Positions 40,357-52,806 of a stretch of DNA of 64,000 nt are shown piece after piece. The position numbers and the translations under genes were made by a program. This stretch comes from Octopus vulgaris (lineage: Eukaryota): NCBI GenBank assembly GCA_951406725.2, contig OX597814.1, positions 7,192,001 to 7,256,000 of the forward strand, read 5' to 3'. Below the pieces are notes generated by a model. The model made no database searches. It was not told the origin of the DNA and saw only the letters and a program-made list of their open reading frames with translations. Numbering within the stretch: the first letter of the stretch is position 1; the number at the start of each line of letters is the position of its first letter.

Positions 40357-41224
40357 TATTGATTAATTCCTTGTTTTATGTGAGAATTCTAATATATATA
40401 TAAATACACATATATATGCACCTGCACATCCATACGAAATATGTGCAAACACATATTGTTAGGACCATTGTCCCTATGGCTAAGTTTACACCTTCTTCTT
40501 CAATTGAAGTAGAACTTAAATTGTCCAAGCAGCTTCCACTTAATTTTATTTGGAGTCCCCTCCTCTTTTAATTGCCATATATAGCTGACTAATGTTGTAA
40601 CACTGTGTCTCTCTGGGATCCTAAAAGAGAGCCTGTATTCATTTAGGCTAGCCTTAATCTAACCCTTTGATTCTCCAACATTTTTCCGTATGTTTGTGTG
40701 TGTGCTTTTGCTGTTGCTATTTGCTGTTGGACACTGATGCTGCTTTGTACACTGCGACCTCATTGTTGCATTGACCATTCAAAAGGCACTCACAGTTAAC
40801 CCTACATAGCATTCCACCATTGCATGGAGTGTGGACGTGTTTACTAATATCTCTTTTGTACTTCGTGCACAACAGAAGGAGACCCTTAAATTATATGCGT
40901 TGAATAATCTCATATACCTATGGGATGGTGCGAAATGCTTATCTACTTATCTAAGTAAGATCCCATGCAGGTTTTGATGTTGAGTAAGAAAGGTAGGGAA
41001 AACCAGAGGACTTTATAGTGTATATTTACTTCCATCAGTAAAGAGGCTACGGGCTACCATTTCGAACTAGCATTATTCTGCCATTGCAATTGTAGACGCA
41101 AAATCAATAGTAACTTTCTGACCAGTTATATGCCAAACCCAATGTATACTACTTGAATACATAAAAGTGTATATATATATGCATCTTCTTCAGATTTAAG
41201 GTTTTTCTTTGCAAAAAGTTGTCT

Positions 41225-42230
41225 AATGCCTGGAAAATGTGATAGTCAGTTGGTGCAAGGTCTGGTGGATATGGTGGATGACAGAGTTCTTCTAAAGTGT
41301 TCTTTGTACAACATGTGGTCAAGCATTGTCTTGCAAGAGAATTGGCCTGTCTCTTTTGTCCAATCTCAGTTGTTTAAGTGCAAATTCACCCATCATTTCA
41401 TCCAGTTGGTTGATGTATACATCCACTGTAATTGACTCATGAAGCTGTAGTAGATGACACCAGCGCTGGACCAACAAACAGATTCCATTACCTATTTTTG
41501 ATGAATATTTCTTTCTTGGGTTGTGTTTTGGCACTTCGTCTCTATCCAACCTTTGTGCAAAACATTTGCTGTTGTTGAAAAGAATCCAATTTTTTATGAC
41601 ACGTAACAACACAATGCAAAAATGGTTGGCTTTTATGCCGTGACAACAAAGAACAGCAAATTTCAAGATGGCATGTCATTTGATGCTCGTTCAGTTCGTG
41701 TGGTACCTGCTTGTCCAGCTTCTTTACCTTGCCAATTTGTTTCAGTTGGTCCAAAGCAGTTGGAATTGAAACATCAAACCTTGCTGCTAACTCATGCGTA
41801 GTTTGAGATGTATCCGCTTCCACTAGTTTCCAGCTCATCATTATCCACCTTGGTCTCAGGTCTACCATGGTGCTGATTTTCAAGAGTAAAGTCACCAGAC
41901 CGGAACTTCTCAAATGTACAGTGCTCTCATTTGCCACATCTTTACCAAACACCCCATTGATGTTTCAAGTTGTCTGAGATAAATTGGTCCCATGACAGAA
42001 CTCGTATTCATAAACAACTCAAATTTTTGATCTGTTCACAGGTTCACAAAAATTGATTTACAAGAGAAAACTCACAATATAATCAGATACCATGAACTGC
42101 GTTTCAGAAAGTGAATAAGTAACTCTTCAATGTTGTAAAACAAAGAATTGTCAGGATAAAACACTAGAGTTGATGACTGTCAAACTTGGTGCATAAGAAA
42201 ATCTGACATTTCATTCTTAGTAACCTGATA
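41225..42230 (-). mobile_element. Decayed mariner transposon (different family)
   Basis: IGKVKKLDKQVPHELNEHQ, PFLHCVVTCHKK, PILLQDNA; TIR-like end ...GTAACCTGATA at ~42230. Confidence 0.85.
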
Positions 42231-42669
42231 ATTAAACTTATTTTACCATTTATTAATTTACTCTGGGTATATTTGTTTTTCCTTCTAACTAAAAGCTATT
42301 TTTTTTATTTAAGATTTACTTCGATTTTACACAATATGATTTTAAATATTTGATTATGTACATCACTGTTTCTTAAAAACAAACTGTTAGTTGAAATGAC
42401 CAATGAAATGAAATCAATTTCAAATGTGTATTTCTCAATGTAAATTGTCTGTTTATACAGATAACCTTAATTTTTGTTCCATTCTCAATCAAAACTATAC
42501 CCCACCCCCACCTCCTGATAATTCATTGTAGTTAGGCATCTAAATGCATTAGGAACATCCACTGCTCTCTTCAAAATAACTGCGATGGTAAAATGTAGCA
42601 GAAAATAATTTATACTTGTGTTTACATAAATATAAATACATGTATACAAATATGTATGTATGTATATAT

Positions 42670-42898
42670 TTATTCTTTTATTCTTTTACTTGTTTCAGTC
42701 ATTTGGCTGTGGCCATGCTGGAGCACAGCCTTTAGTCAAACAAATCGACACAAGAACTTGTTCTTTGTAAGCCTAGTACATATTTTATCGATCTCGTTTG
42801 CCGAACTGCTGTGTTATGGAGACATAAACACACCAACATCGGTTGTCGAGTGACAGTGGAGGGACAAACACAGACACACAAACATATATATATATGTA

Positions 42899-42905
<7 letters not shown>
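42670..42905 (-). mobile_element. SINE family S1, 3' half
   Basis: Reverse complement of the 2400-2630 segment. Confidence 0.75.
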
Positions 42906-42935
<30 letters not shown>

Positions 42936-43059
42936 TTAGGGAATATTATTCCAAACTTACAGGGAAAAATTATATGGTATAATTTAATTATATCGTTGTT
43001 ATTTCATTGTTGAATTAAGAAAAGGTGGTTTTTCTCTAATTTATATACATGTATATATA

Positions 43060-45965
43060 TCATCATCATCATCATCGTTTAACGTCTGTTTTCCATGCTA
43101 GCATGGATTGGACAGTTCGACCAGGGTCTGATCTGGCAGTGTTTCTACAGCTGGATGCCCTTCCTAAAGCCAACCGCTCTGTGAGTGTAGTGGGTGCTTT
43201 TTACGTGCCACTGGCACAGATGCCAGACGAGGCTGGCAACAGCCACGATCGGTTGGTGCTTTTTACATGCCACCTGCATGGAAGCCAGTCGGGCAGTGCT
43301 GGCAACAGCCACATTCGGATGGTTCTTTTACGTGCCACCGGCACTGGTATCACAACTACAATTTCCATTGATTTTTAATCAATTTCACTTGCCTCAACAG
43401 GTCTTCGCAAGCAGAGTTTTGTGTCCAAAGAACGAAAAGTATGCATAAGTGGACTGGCTACATCCCTGGTAAAGGCCATGGGTTATGGGCTCACTTGTCC
43501 TGCCGGGTCTTCTCACGCACAGCATACTTCCAAAGGTCTCGGTCTCTAGTCATTTCCTCGGTGAGACCTAAAGTTCGAAGGTCGTGCTTCACCACCTCAT
43601 CCCAGGTTTTCCTGAGTCTACCTCTTCCACAGGTTCCCTCAACCGCTAGGGTGTGGCAGTTTTTCACACAACTATCTTTATCCATTTTCGCCATATGACC
43701 ATACCAGTGCAATCGTCTCTCTTGCACACCACATCTGATGCTTCTTAGGTCCAACTTTTCTCTCAAGGTACTTACACTCTGTCGAGTATGAACACTGACA
43801 TTACACATCCATTGGAGCATACTGGCTTCATTTCTTTCAAGCTTACACATATCCTCAGCAGTTACAGCCCATGTTTCACTGCCATGTAGCATGGCTGTTT
43901 ATACACATGCATCATACAGTCTGCCTTTTACTCTGAGCGAGAGGCCTTTTGTCACCAGCAGAGTAAGAGCTCTCTGAACTTTGCCCAGGCTATTCTTACT
44001 CTAGCAGTTACACTTTCAGCACACCCACCCCCGCTACTGACTTGGTCACCTAGGTAACGGAAACTATCAACTATTTCTAGTTTTTCTCCCTGGAATGTGA
44101 CGAAAGTTGTTCTTTTTTCAGTGTTTATTGCTCCTGAGCATCTGCCACATTCAAAAACTATCTTACCAGTTAGCCTTCCTTTGACATTGCTGCACCCCTT
44201 ATGTGTCCATAGCTTACACTGGGTGCATCTTATAGAGTTTCTACCTACACCTTTTCTACAGATCGAGCAGGCCCATCTACCTGAAGGCGTTTGTGATTTG
44301 TCAACCTTCCTACTTATTAGGACTTTGGTTTTAACTAGGTTGACTCTAAGGCCCTTCGATTCTAATCCTTGCTTCCATACCTGAAACTTTTCCTCCAGTT
44401 CTGATAGCGACTTAGCAATTAGAGCAAGATCATCAGCATAGAGGGGCTCCCAGGGGCATCCTGTCTTGAATTCCTGTTATTGCCAGGAGAACTATAATAA
44501 ATAGGAGGGGGCTGAGGACTGAACCTTGATGGACCCCTACCTCTACCCGGAATTCTTCACTGTACTCATTGCCAACCCTCACCTTACTAACAGCATTCCT
44601 GTACATGGCTCGCACAGCTCTCACTAACCATTCATCTATCCCAAGTTTCCTCATTGACCACCAGATAAGGGATCAGGGAAATCTGTCGAAGGCTTTCTCC
44701 ATGTCAACAAAAGCCAGGTACAGGGGCTTATCTTTGGCTAGGTATTTCTCCTGCAGCTGTCTTACCAGGAATATAGCATCAGTAGTACTTTTCCCTGGCA
44801 CGAACCCAAACTGCATCTCATCTAAGCTAACTCTCTCTCTAATTAGTTGGGCTATAACCCTCTCCGTAACCTTCATTACCTGATCCAGCAGCTTGATGCC
44901 CCTGTAGTTATTTGTATCTAGGGTGTCACCTTTACCTTTGTAGCAGTTGACTATTATGCTGCTACACCAGTCATTGGGAATGACTCCTTTATGTATCACC
45001 TGATTGATTATACGGGTGACTAGGCTATAGCCGACACTACCAGATATTTTGAGCATCTCTGCAGTAATTTACTGATGAGCCTGGGGCTTTCCCTGTCTTC
45101 ATGCTTCTAATTGCTTTAACTACCAAGGAACTGTCAACTCGGATAGTTGGTCCCTCTGTTGGGTCAACTTTCGGCAGACTCTCTTTATCCCATTCATTTT
45201 CTTTATTCAGCAACCTTTCATAGTGGCGTCTCCAAACCTCTCTCTTTGCATCCTCATTTAGCACAAGTGAACCATCATCCATGCGAACACATTTCTCTCC
45301 TACCACATCACGATTCTCTCTCACACACTGTCTTGCAACACGAAATACCTCAAGTCTTTCATCCTCACGGCACAGAACATTGGCAAATTTTTTCTTATCT
45401 GCTTCCCCTCTGGCTAGATAAACCTGTCTCCTAGCTTCCCTTCTGGCAGTCTGATACACTTCCCTGCTACCACCGTTCTTCCAGTCCTTCCAAGCCTGTT
45501 TCTTTTCTCTAGTAGCCCTGTCAACAATATTGTTCCACCACCACGTTATTTTGGGTCGAGAAGGGACTTTGCACCAACCACAGATCTGGTCAGTGGCTCT
45601 CAGCAGGTTGTCCTGTAGAAACCTCCAGATGTCTTCCACATTATGTGATGCTATATCCCCCTTCTATTTTATCGAAGGCTTCGAGTAATACGTCTCAAAA
45701 TCTCTGCCCATTTGCAGGATCTTTAAGCTTCCAGACCCTTCTCCTCCAGGCTGGTCTTCTTCTGGGCATCCTTTCAGCCCTGATCCTGAAGTCGCTAACT
45801 ACTAATCTGTGTTGAGGGATACATTCTCCACATAGGAAGGTTTTGGCATTTATAAGCAGCCCTCTTTCCCTTTTTCTGGCGAGGATGTTGTCAATTTGGC
45901 TAGTGTGTCTGCCAGAATGGTAGTTGACTAGGTGAGAGGTGGGTTTCCTGAAGTTGGTATTGCAG
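43060..45965 (-). mobile_element. RTE family A LINE, longest copy (~2.9 kb, APE end to tail), disrupted
   Basis: CNTNFRKP; NYRGIKLLDQVMKV; QFGFVPGKSTTDAIFLVRQLQEK; AFVDMEKAFD; GVHQGSVLSPLLF; YADDL; frameshifts; (CAT)n at 43060. Confidence 0.95.
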
Positions 45966-45967
45966 TA

Positions 45968-46024
45968 TTGGGTTGTCAGGAAAGTTCATACCGTTTTATA
46001 GTAGCTTACCTTTCAACTTATCAT
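45968..46024 (+). mobile_element. Solo 5' end of the same mariner family as 46115-47381
   Basis: TA|TTGGGTTGTCAGGAAAGTT...TTTATAGTAGCTT. Confidence 0.7.
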
Positions 46025-46060
46025 GGTGAGTACCATGATACCATGATATATATATACATA

Positions 46061-46114
<54 letters not shown>

Positions 46115-46118
<4 letters not shown>

Positions 46119-47381
46119 GTTGTCCAGAAAGTTTGTGCTGATTTATAGTAGCTTTCGACTTATTTTAGAACATGGTTGAGTCCATGAAATAGGATTTGAC
46201 TACACCTCCATTTAGAGTACAGTTTAAGCTATCTTTTCATGGAAGAAGGTTTATGTTCCTATAACCTGTGTTAATTCTGTAACCCTTTAAAATGGAAGAT
46301 AAGAAAGTTCATTTTCAGCACGTAATGCTTTTCCTTTTCCGTAAAGGGAAAAATGCCTCACAAGCAACCAAAAAAATATGCACAGTTTACGGTGATATTT
46401 TTTTATCTGAAAGAACTGTATGGAAGTGGTTCACAAGGTTCCGAGTTGGAGATTGTAGCCTTATTGATAAAGAGCGATCAGGCAGACCATCCACTACAGA
46501 TGATGTCCAAATCAAGTCATTAATTGAGAATAACCCACATCGCACAACCCAAGAATTGGCAGAAAGCCTCAAACTATCAAAATCTGTCGTTCATGAGCAC
46601 CTGGTAAAGTTTGGGTACACAAATCGCTATGATGTTTGGGTATCACATGAGTTGTGTGAGAAGAATCTTTTGGATCGCATTTCCATCTGTGATTTGCTTT
46701 ATAAACGGAATAAAATGCGCCTTTTTTAAAACAAATTGTGACAGGTGATAAGGAATGGATTATCTACCAAAATGTTCAGAGAAAGCGAGCCTGGTTTAAG
46801 TGACATGAGCCACCCCAGAAGCAGGTCTTCACCCTAAAAAAGTCTTGCTTTGTGTCTGGTGGGATTGGAAAGGAATTCTGTACTATGAGCTTCTCTCAAG
46901 TGACTAGAAAATTTATTCTGAGAAATACTGCACACAACGGGATGAGTTAAAAGCAGCAATTCAAGAGAAACATCTAGACTTGTCTAACAGGAAGGGTGTT
47001 GTTTTCCAACATGATAATGCAAGACTGCACGTTTCTTTGGGAACCAGACAAAAATTGCTGCAGCTCGACTGGGATGTGTTACCCCACCCTCCATATTCAC
47101 CAGATATTGTTCCTTCAGATTTCCACTTATTCAGGTCTCTACAGAATAGTCTTAAAGGTAAAAATTTCAATTCCTTGGATGATGTAAAAAGATACCTTGA
47201 TGAATTCTTTGCCAGGAAATCATCTCATTTCTGGGAAGAGGGTATTTCCAAGTTAAAGGAAAGATGGAGATGCATTGTGCAACAAAATGGTTCATATTTG
47301 GTTGATTAAAAATCTAATGGCAAGTATTTATTGACCATTTTCTTTCCTTTAATAATCGGCACAAACTTCCAGACAAACCAC
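46115..47381 (+). mobile_element. Full-length mariner transposon (~1.27 kb), TIRs, TA TSD
   Basis: TA|TTGGGTTGTCCAGAAAGTTTGTGCTGATT ... AATCGGCACAAACTTCCAGACAAACCAC|TA. Confidence 0.95.
46292..47309 (+). pseudogene. Mariner transposase with stops and frameshifts
   Basis: MEDKKVHFQH..., WVSHEL, IVTGDKEW, FQHDNAR, HPPYSPDIVPSDFHLFRSLQN. Confidence 0.93.
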
Positions 47382-47382
47382 T

Positions 47383-48098
47383 ATGTATCATGTATGTATG
47401 TATGTATGTATGTATGTATGTATGTATGTATGTATGTCTGTATTTATGTATGTATGTATGTATGTATTTATGTATTTATGTATGTATGTATGTATGTATG
47501 TATGTATGTATGTATGTATGTATGTATGTATGTATGTATGTATGTCTGTATTTATGTATGTATGTATGTATGTATTTATGTATTTATGTATGTATGTATG
47601 TATGTATGTATGTATGTATGTCTGTATTTATGTATGTATGTATGTATTTATGTATGTATGTATGTATGTATGTATGTATGTATGTATGTATGTATGTATG
47701 TATGTATGCATGCATGCATGCATGCATGCATGCATGCATGTATGTATGTATGTATGTATGCATGCATGCATGCATGCATGTATGTATGTATGTATGTATG
47801 TATGTATGTATGTATGTATGTATGTATGCATGCATGCATGCATGTATGTATGTATGTATGTATGTATGTATGTATGTATGTATGTATGCATGCATGCATG
47901 CATGTATGTATGTATGTATGTATGTATGTATGTATGTATGTATGCTTGCATGTATGTATGTATGTATTATGTATGTATGTATGTATGTATGCATGCATGC
48001 ATGCATGCATGCATGTATGTATGTATGTATGTATGTATGTATGTATGTATGTATTTATGTATGTATGTATGTATGTATGCATGCATGTATATATGTAT
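47383..48098. repeat. (TATG)n microsatellite with (CATG)n patches
   Basis: Direct reading. Confidence 0.97.
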
Positions 48099-48099
48099 A

Positions 48100-48247
48100 C
48101 AATGGGTTTCTTTCTGTTTCTAGTTACCAAATACACTCACAAGGCTTTAGTTGGCCTGAGGCTATAGTAGATGACACTTGCCCAAGGTGCCATGCAGTGG
48201 GACTGAACCCAGAACTATTTGATTGGAAATGAAGCCATGACTGCACC
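48100..48247 (-). mobile_element. SINE family S1, 5' half (tRNA head)
   Basis: Reverse complement of the 2240-2390 segment. Confidence 0.75.
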
Positions 48248-48292
48248 TATATATATATATATATATATATCATCATCATCACCATCTATCTA

Positions 48293-48353
<61 letters not shown>

Positions 48354-49807
48354 GATGTATATATATATATATGATGTATATATATATATATGTGTGTGTG
48401 TGTGTATGAGTGCATATGTATATATGTATGTATGTATGCATGCATGTATGCATGTATGTATAGACCGGAGTTATATTCACACTAATGCATTTGCTTGCTT
48501 GGCCTTGATATAATCTTATAATCAACATTGAAAACAATGGACTTCTTTTCATAAGAGCATATTCAGAAATGGGAAAAGGTTATTTTGAACTCCTTATTGT
48601 TAATTTTTGCATTTCTCAGTCTTTGTTGAATAAGATTATTAAATTGCCTGGAAGCTTTGGAAAGGACTTACTGTAGAAGGAAAAGCTGGAATGGTGGAGG
48701 TGAACTAGAGATGGAAATCACAGTGGGTATTCCATTTACTTCAATTCTTAATCTTTATAACCTTTCTTGAAGTTTTTCTTGAAATTCGGATTCATAATGG
48801 ATTAACCACTATTTCAGAATTCTAAAGAGAAAATGGAAAATGTTTAACCCAAAAGAGGTGACAAATATTTATTTTACTCTTTTCTGTGAATTATTGAAAT
48901 TTTCTGGGAATTTCTTTTCAATTCATCAAATATTGGAAATTGGGAAATACCAAGTCTTTTCAAATAAATTCTTGAAAATTAAGTAATATGAAATATATAT
49001 TTTTTTCTTTGACTGTGTTTTCATCTTAGAGAGTCATTTCAAGTGTACATAAATATGTTTTGTTGCAGAGAAAGCAGAACCAACAGCATAGAAGTTGGAA
49101 TGGTTTATTGTCTCTGAGACAAGATACATGACTACTTTGATATTTGATACATACATACACACACACACACACACATATTTCTTGTAAAGTAGGTGCTGCA
49201 ATGTACCTTCAGTTACTATTAGTGTCAATTGAATTCTTCCTTTTCGGCGTTATATTGCGTCTAGCCACTTTTATTATTTTGTCATTTTCCCATTACCATT
49301 TTGCCAAATCAGTCATTGATTCTTATGGTAAATTTGACTTAACCATAAACGATAGAGCAATACTACTCATGAGCTTTAATTTCAAGCAAAATTGGTTTAC
49401 CAATTTAGTACCCTTGCTTGCTGTGGGGTGGTTAACTCCCCTGTCAGTACATAGACTTGTGCCATGTTTGTGACTACAAGGGTATTGGACTCTTATTTCT
49501 AGCAATGTTGGTGCTACTGTGCACCCTTGGTCACAATTAGTGACAGTTGAATTCTTTATTTTTCATTTCATATTGTGCCTAGCCACCTTTATTATATATA
49601 TATATATAATATGAGGGAATATTATTCCAAACTTACTGGGAAAAATTCAATTTAGAAATACTAAATCAAATTTCACAAAACATAATATATATATATATAT
49701 ATATAAATTAGAAAAAAACACCTTTTATCAATTCAATATTGAAAAATTAAATTATACTATTTAGAAAAATTACATATTATAGAAAAATTAAATATAAGAT
49801 AAAACAT

Positions 49808-49890
49808 ACCTCTGATGAGCATAGGGTTACATAATCAGACTGTTACATAACACTCCATTGTATCCTTAGTGCAAAGCCAATTGGTAAGAT
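49808..49890 (+). ncRNA. Decayed type I hammerhead ribozyme
   Basis: CTGATGA-GCATAGGG...CCTTAGTGC-AAAG-CCAATTGG-TA; homologous to 7812-7895. Confidence 0.5.
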
Positions 49891-50051
49891 CAGCTTTAAT
49901 GGATATATTATACTGTACACTTTGGATAGTATACACATTCTATTGACAGATATACAAAGGCATTTTTTCAGAATTATGGACTCTTCAATGGCTTGAACAA
50001 ACACACACACGCACACATGCCACACACACATATATATATGGATAATAAAAC

Positions 50052-50313
50052 GAATGGCATGTGTAAAAGATTCAAGCGAGATCATTGCCAGTACCACCTG
50101 ACTGGCCCTGTGCTTGTGGCACGTAAAAGCACCCACTACATTCTCGGAGTGGTTGGCGTTATGAAAGGCATCCAGCTGTAAAAAATCTGCCAAATCAAGA
50201 TTGGAGTCTGGTGCGGCTGTCTGGTTTGCCAGTCCTCAGTCAAATTGTCCAACCCATGCTAGCATAGAAAGCAGACGTTAAACGATGATGATAATGATGA
50301 TGATGATGATGAT
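50052..50313 (+). mobile_element. RTE family A 3'-end fragment
   Basis: Conserved 3' end and (GAT)n tail. Confidence 0.9.
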
Positions 50314-50314
50314 G

Positions 50315-50682
50315 TAGGCATCTTGATAGTCATTCAGAAATTCTATTAAGTAACTTTTCTTTAGTGCACAGAATAGACAAGGATTCCTTGGAGCAGATAT
50401 GGCATTTCCTGGAAATTATACTGTATGGTTTTGCATGTCTAACTATGGACCAATTAATGTTGTACTTCATTTTATCCTCCTTCTGTCGCCATATAAAATC
50501 TGCCAAAGATGTCAAATGTCTCTTATTGATTGTCTTAGAGCTGGCAACATGGTTACGATAATGATTCTTAAATGAATCAGCCATCTGCCCAATGTAAACA
50601 TAGGGCCCTCCCCTATGTTTACATTGGGCCGATGGTACATTTATATACAAGCTTTGTACTCATACAGCGATTCATCAGAGTG
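50315..50682 (-). pseudogene. Penelope-like element GIY-YIG endonuclease fragment
   Basis: LMNRCMSTKLVYKC / YVYIGQMADSFKNHYRNH...TSLADFIW...INWSIV..AKPY....KCHICSKE..ILC...LLNRISE*LSRCLH. Confidence 0.85.
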
Positions 50683-51759
50683 TGTGTGTGTGTGTGTGAG
50701 TGTGTGTGTGTAACAAAAGAGAGAAATGGCAAATGGAATTCATGAGATTGTTTTTATTAATCACAATGACCATCGGTCTCTCGCAGGTGAGATTCTGGAC
50801 AACTAGTTGTTGTTGTTGTGCCTCTTTTGGTGCAAATGTGTCTTGTCATGTGACATTTCCAAAAGGGTCCCCACTCATCAAACTCGGTTTCACTTGGTTC
50901 AATTATAATTCATTTTGTTATTTCATGGTTTGGAATGGCATTATACAGGTAATGGGCCTACACATAGTTCCACCTGCACAGGTGAATCCACTTTCCCAAA
51001 ATCCCTGTTATACGTTTCCCATCCCTCTTATATTTTTATCATTTCAGCCAAGAACCTCGATGAACCACAGCAACATCACTCCTTCCCTTATTGATCGATT
51101 CGGTGTCTCTTAAAATATTTTTTACTCATTCACCTTCCTTTCTTTTATCTGGTTCTTATCTGGGTTTTATGTGGTTCTTATTATTATTGTTTTAACTCTA
51201 TTTTATATTTTTTATTATATTTCATTTACCTTTTTTTTTTTCATACTTCATTTCAGATATCTTTCAATTAACCATTAATTAGTAGCCAAAACAGTAAAAT
51301 TAGAGAAAAAGTTGTGATGCTGTGTGTCAACAAAAAGTTAAAACAAACAATTGTAACAATGAAATAAGTTTTATGTGGAAGAAGAGGAGAAGAAGAGTGT
51401 AACATTTCGGATACTTGGACTGCTTTGGGGAGAGAAAGAGGGAGAGAGGGATAGAAGGAGATAGGGAGAGAGGAAGGTAGGGAGAGAGGAAAAGAAATCT
51501 GTAAACAGAAAATGAAAGAAGTGGAGAAATGGTGTTGGTTGGGTTGAAATGCGGAGAAAAGGAGAAGAAACCAGAGATAGGTGGTGTGAGTAGTGTAGAA
51601 GAGAAGTGAGCCAAACAATAGTAAGATAAGATAGTTGCAATACTGAAAAGATAACGAAGGTTCAGTAGAGAGGAAAGAGCAAAGGGGACACGCACACACA
51701 CAGAGTGATTGACTAATGGACATCTCTCACAGTTCAAGAAAAACAGTTCTGCAATTTCT

Positions 51760-51993
51760 TGCAGAACAACCTGCACAAATAATTTTGTTTACACTGATCA
51801 AATGTTGATGAGCTGAACCATTAGCTGGTTTCCTCCATCAAATTGACATTGCCTGAGCAGGTGCACTGTGCACCACATGTCAGATGCTGAACAATGTCGG
51901 ATGAAGTGTTTTGCTTGAGAACACAATACACAATACATGGTCCAGGAAGTGAAATCATATCACAACCATTCTAGCCACTTGGCCATGTGCCCT
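51760..51993 (-). mobile_element. SINE family S2 copy, diverged
   Basis: ATGAAGTGTTTTGCTTGAGAACACAA...CCACTTGGCCATGTGCC similar to 18990-19276. Confidence 0.55.
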
Positions 51994-52059
51994 TACACAC
52001 ACACAAATACATATATACAGTCATCAAAAAGTTTTTGTTCGTCTTGAGGCTGATATAGG

Positions 52060-52158
52060 TTCCTTGTCTTTCCTGATGAGAAGACGGCATAATGCACCCT
52101 TTATTCCTTCGGAATTAAGAATATGCAGTCTTCGAAACATGTGTCGAGAGTAAAGGAA
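52060..52158 (+). ncRNA. Type I hammerhead ribozyme with intact catalytic core
   Basis: Stem I TTCCTT/AAGGAA and CTTTC/GAGAG; CTGATGA 52073-52079; stem II GAAGAC/GTCTTC and GCATA/TATGC; GAAA 52134-52137; C-ATGT-G; GTC triplet 52143-52145. Confidence 0.82.
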
Positions 52159-52504
52159 TTTTGTTAAAATCTTCGTTCGACTCCATTCTTTCATTTATTC
52201 ATATAAAAAAAACACACAAATTTCCACACAAGAACACGGGGTTTCTGCCCTTGGCATGTAGGTTCAACCGTGTTTTCTGACGTGAATTTGCTACCCGGGT
52301 ATCGGTTAACCGAATTATCCATACTAGGATAATTCATTCACCTACTTAATTATATATATATATAATCATTATTTGCAACAGAAAGCATTATCAGTTTAAA
52401 ATAGCAATCTGTGTATCATACTTAAAGTAGATACGCCATAGAAAGCCTAGTTATCTGCAGTATTCATCCTGAGGTGGTATCTCTTTTTTATAAAAGGTAA
52501 AGAC

Positions 52505-52806
52505 TCACTTCAGTCAAGGATGAAGTTACCCTCTGAGGCACAAGTCTGGATTTATGGAAAACCAGCAATCACCTATGCATACCAGTCTCACCTCCCCACA
52601 CCATTGATGTTATCCAAAGGAAAGGTAAAGGGGCCGATACGGCTTGGCACCAGTGATGTGGCAACTCATTGCAACAGCTGAGTTAACTGCAGCAACATTA
52701 AATAAAGTGTCTTGCTCAAGAATACAACACACAGCCATGGTCTGAGAATCGAACTCACGACCTCGTGATTGTGAGCCCAATGCTCTAACCACTGAGCCAT
52801 GCACCT
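52505..52806 (-). mobile_element. SINE family S4 copy
   Basis: Reverse complement homologous to 26716-27062. Confidence 0.8.

Noticed and set aside
39231-40362. 217-aa and 254-aa repetitive plus-strand ORFs
   Set aside because: Antisense reading of the tandemly amplified LINE 3' UTR; indels between units break the frame
50660-50682. CTGATGA on the minus strand next to the GIY-YIG fragment as a hammerhead
   Set aside because: It is in frame as LMN in LMNRCMSTKLVYKC and has no stem II or GAAA
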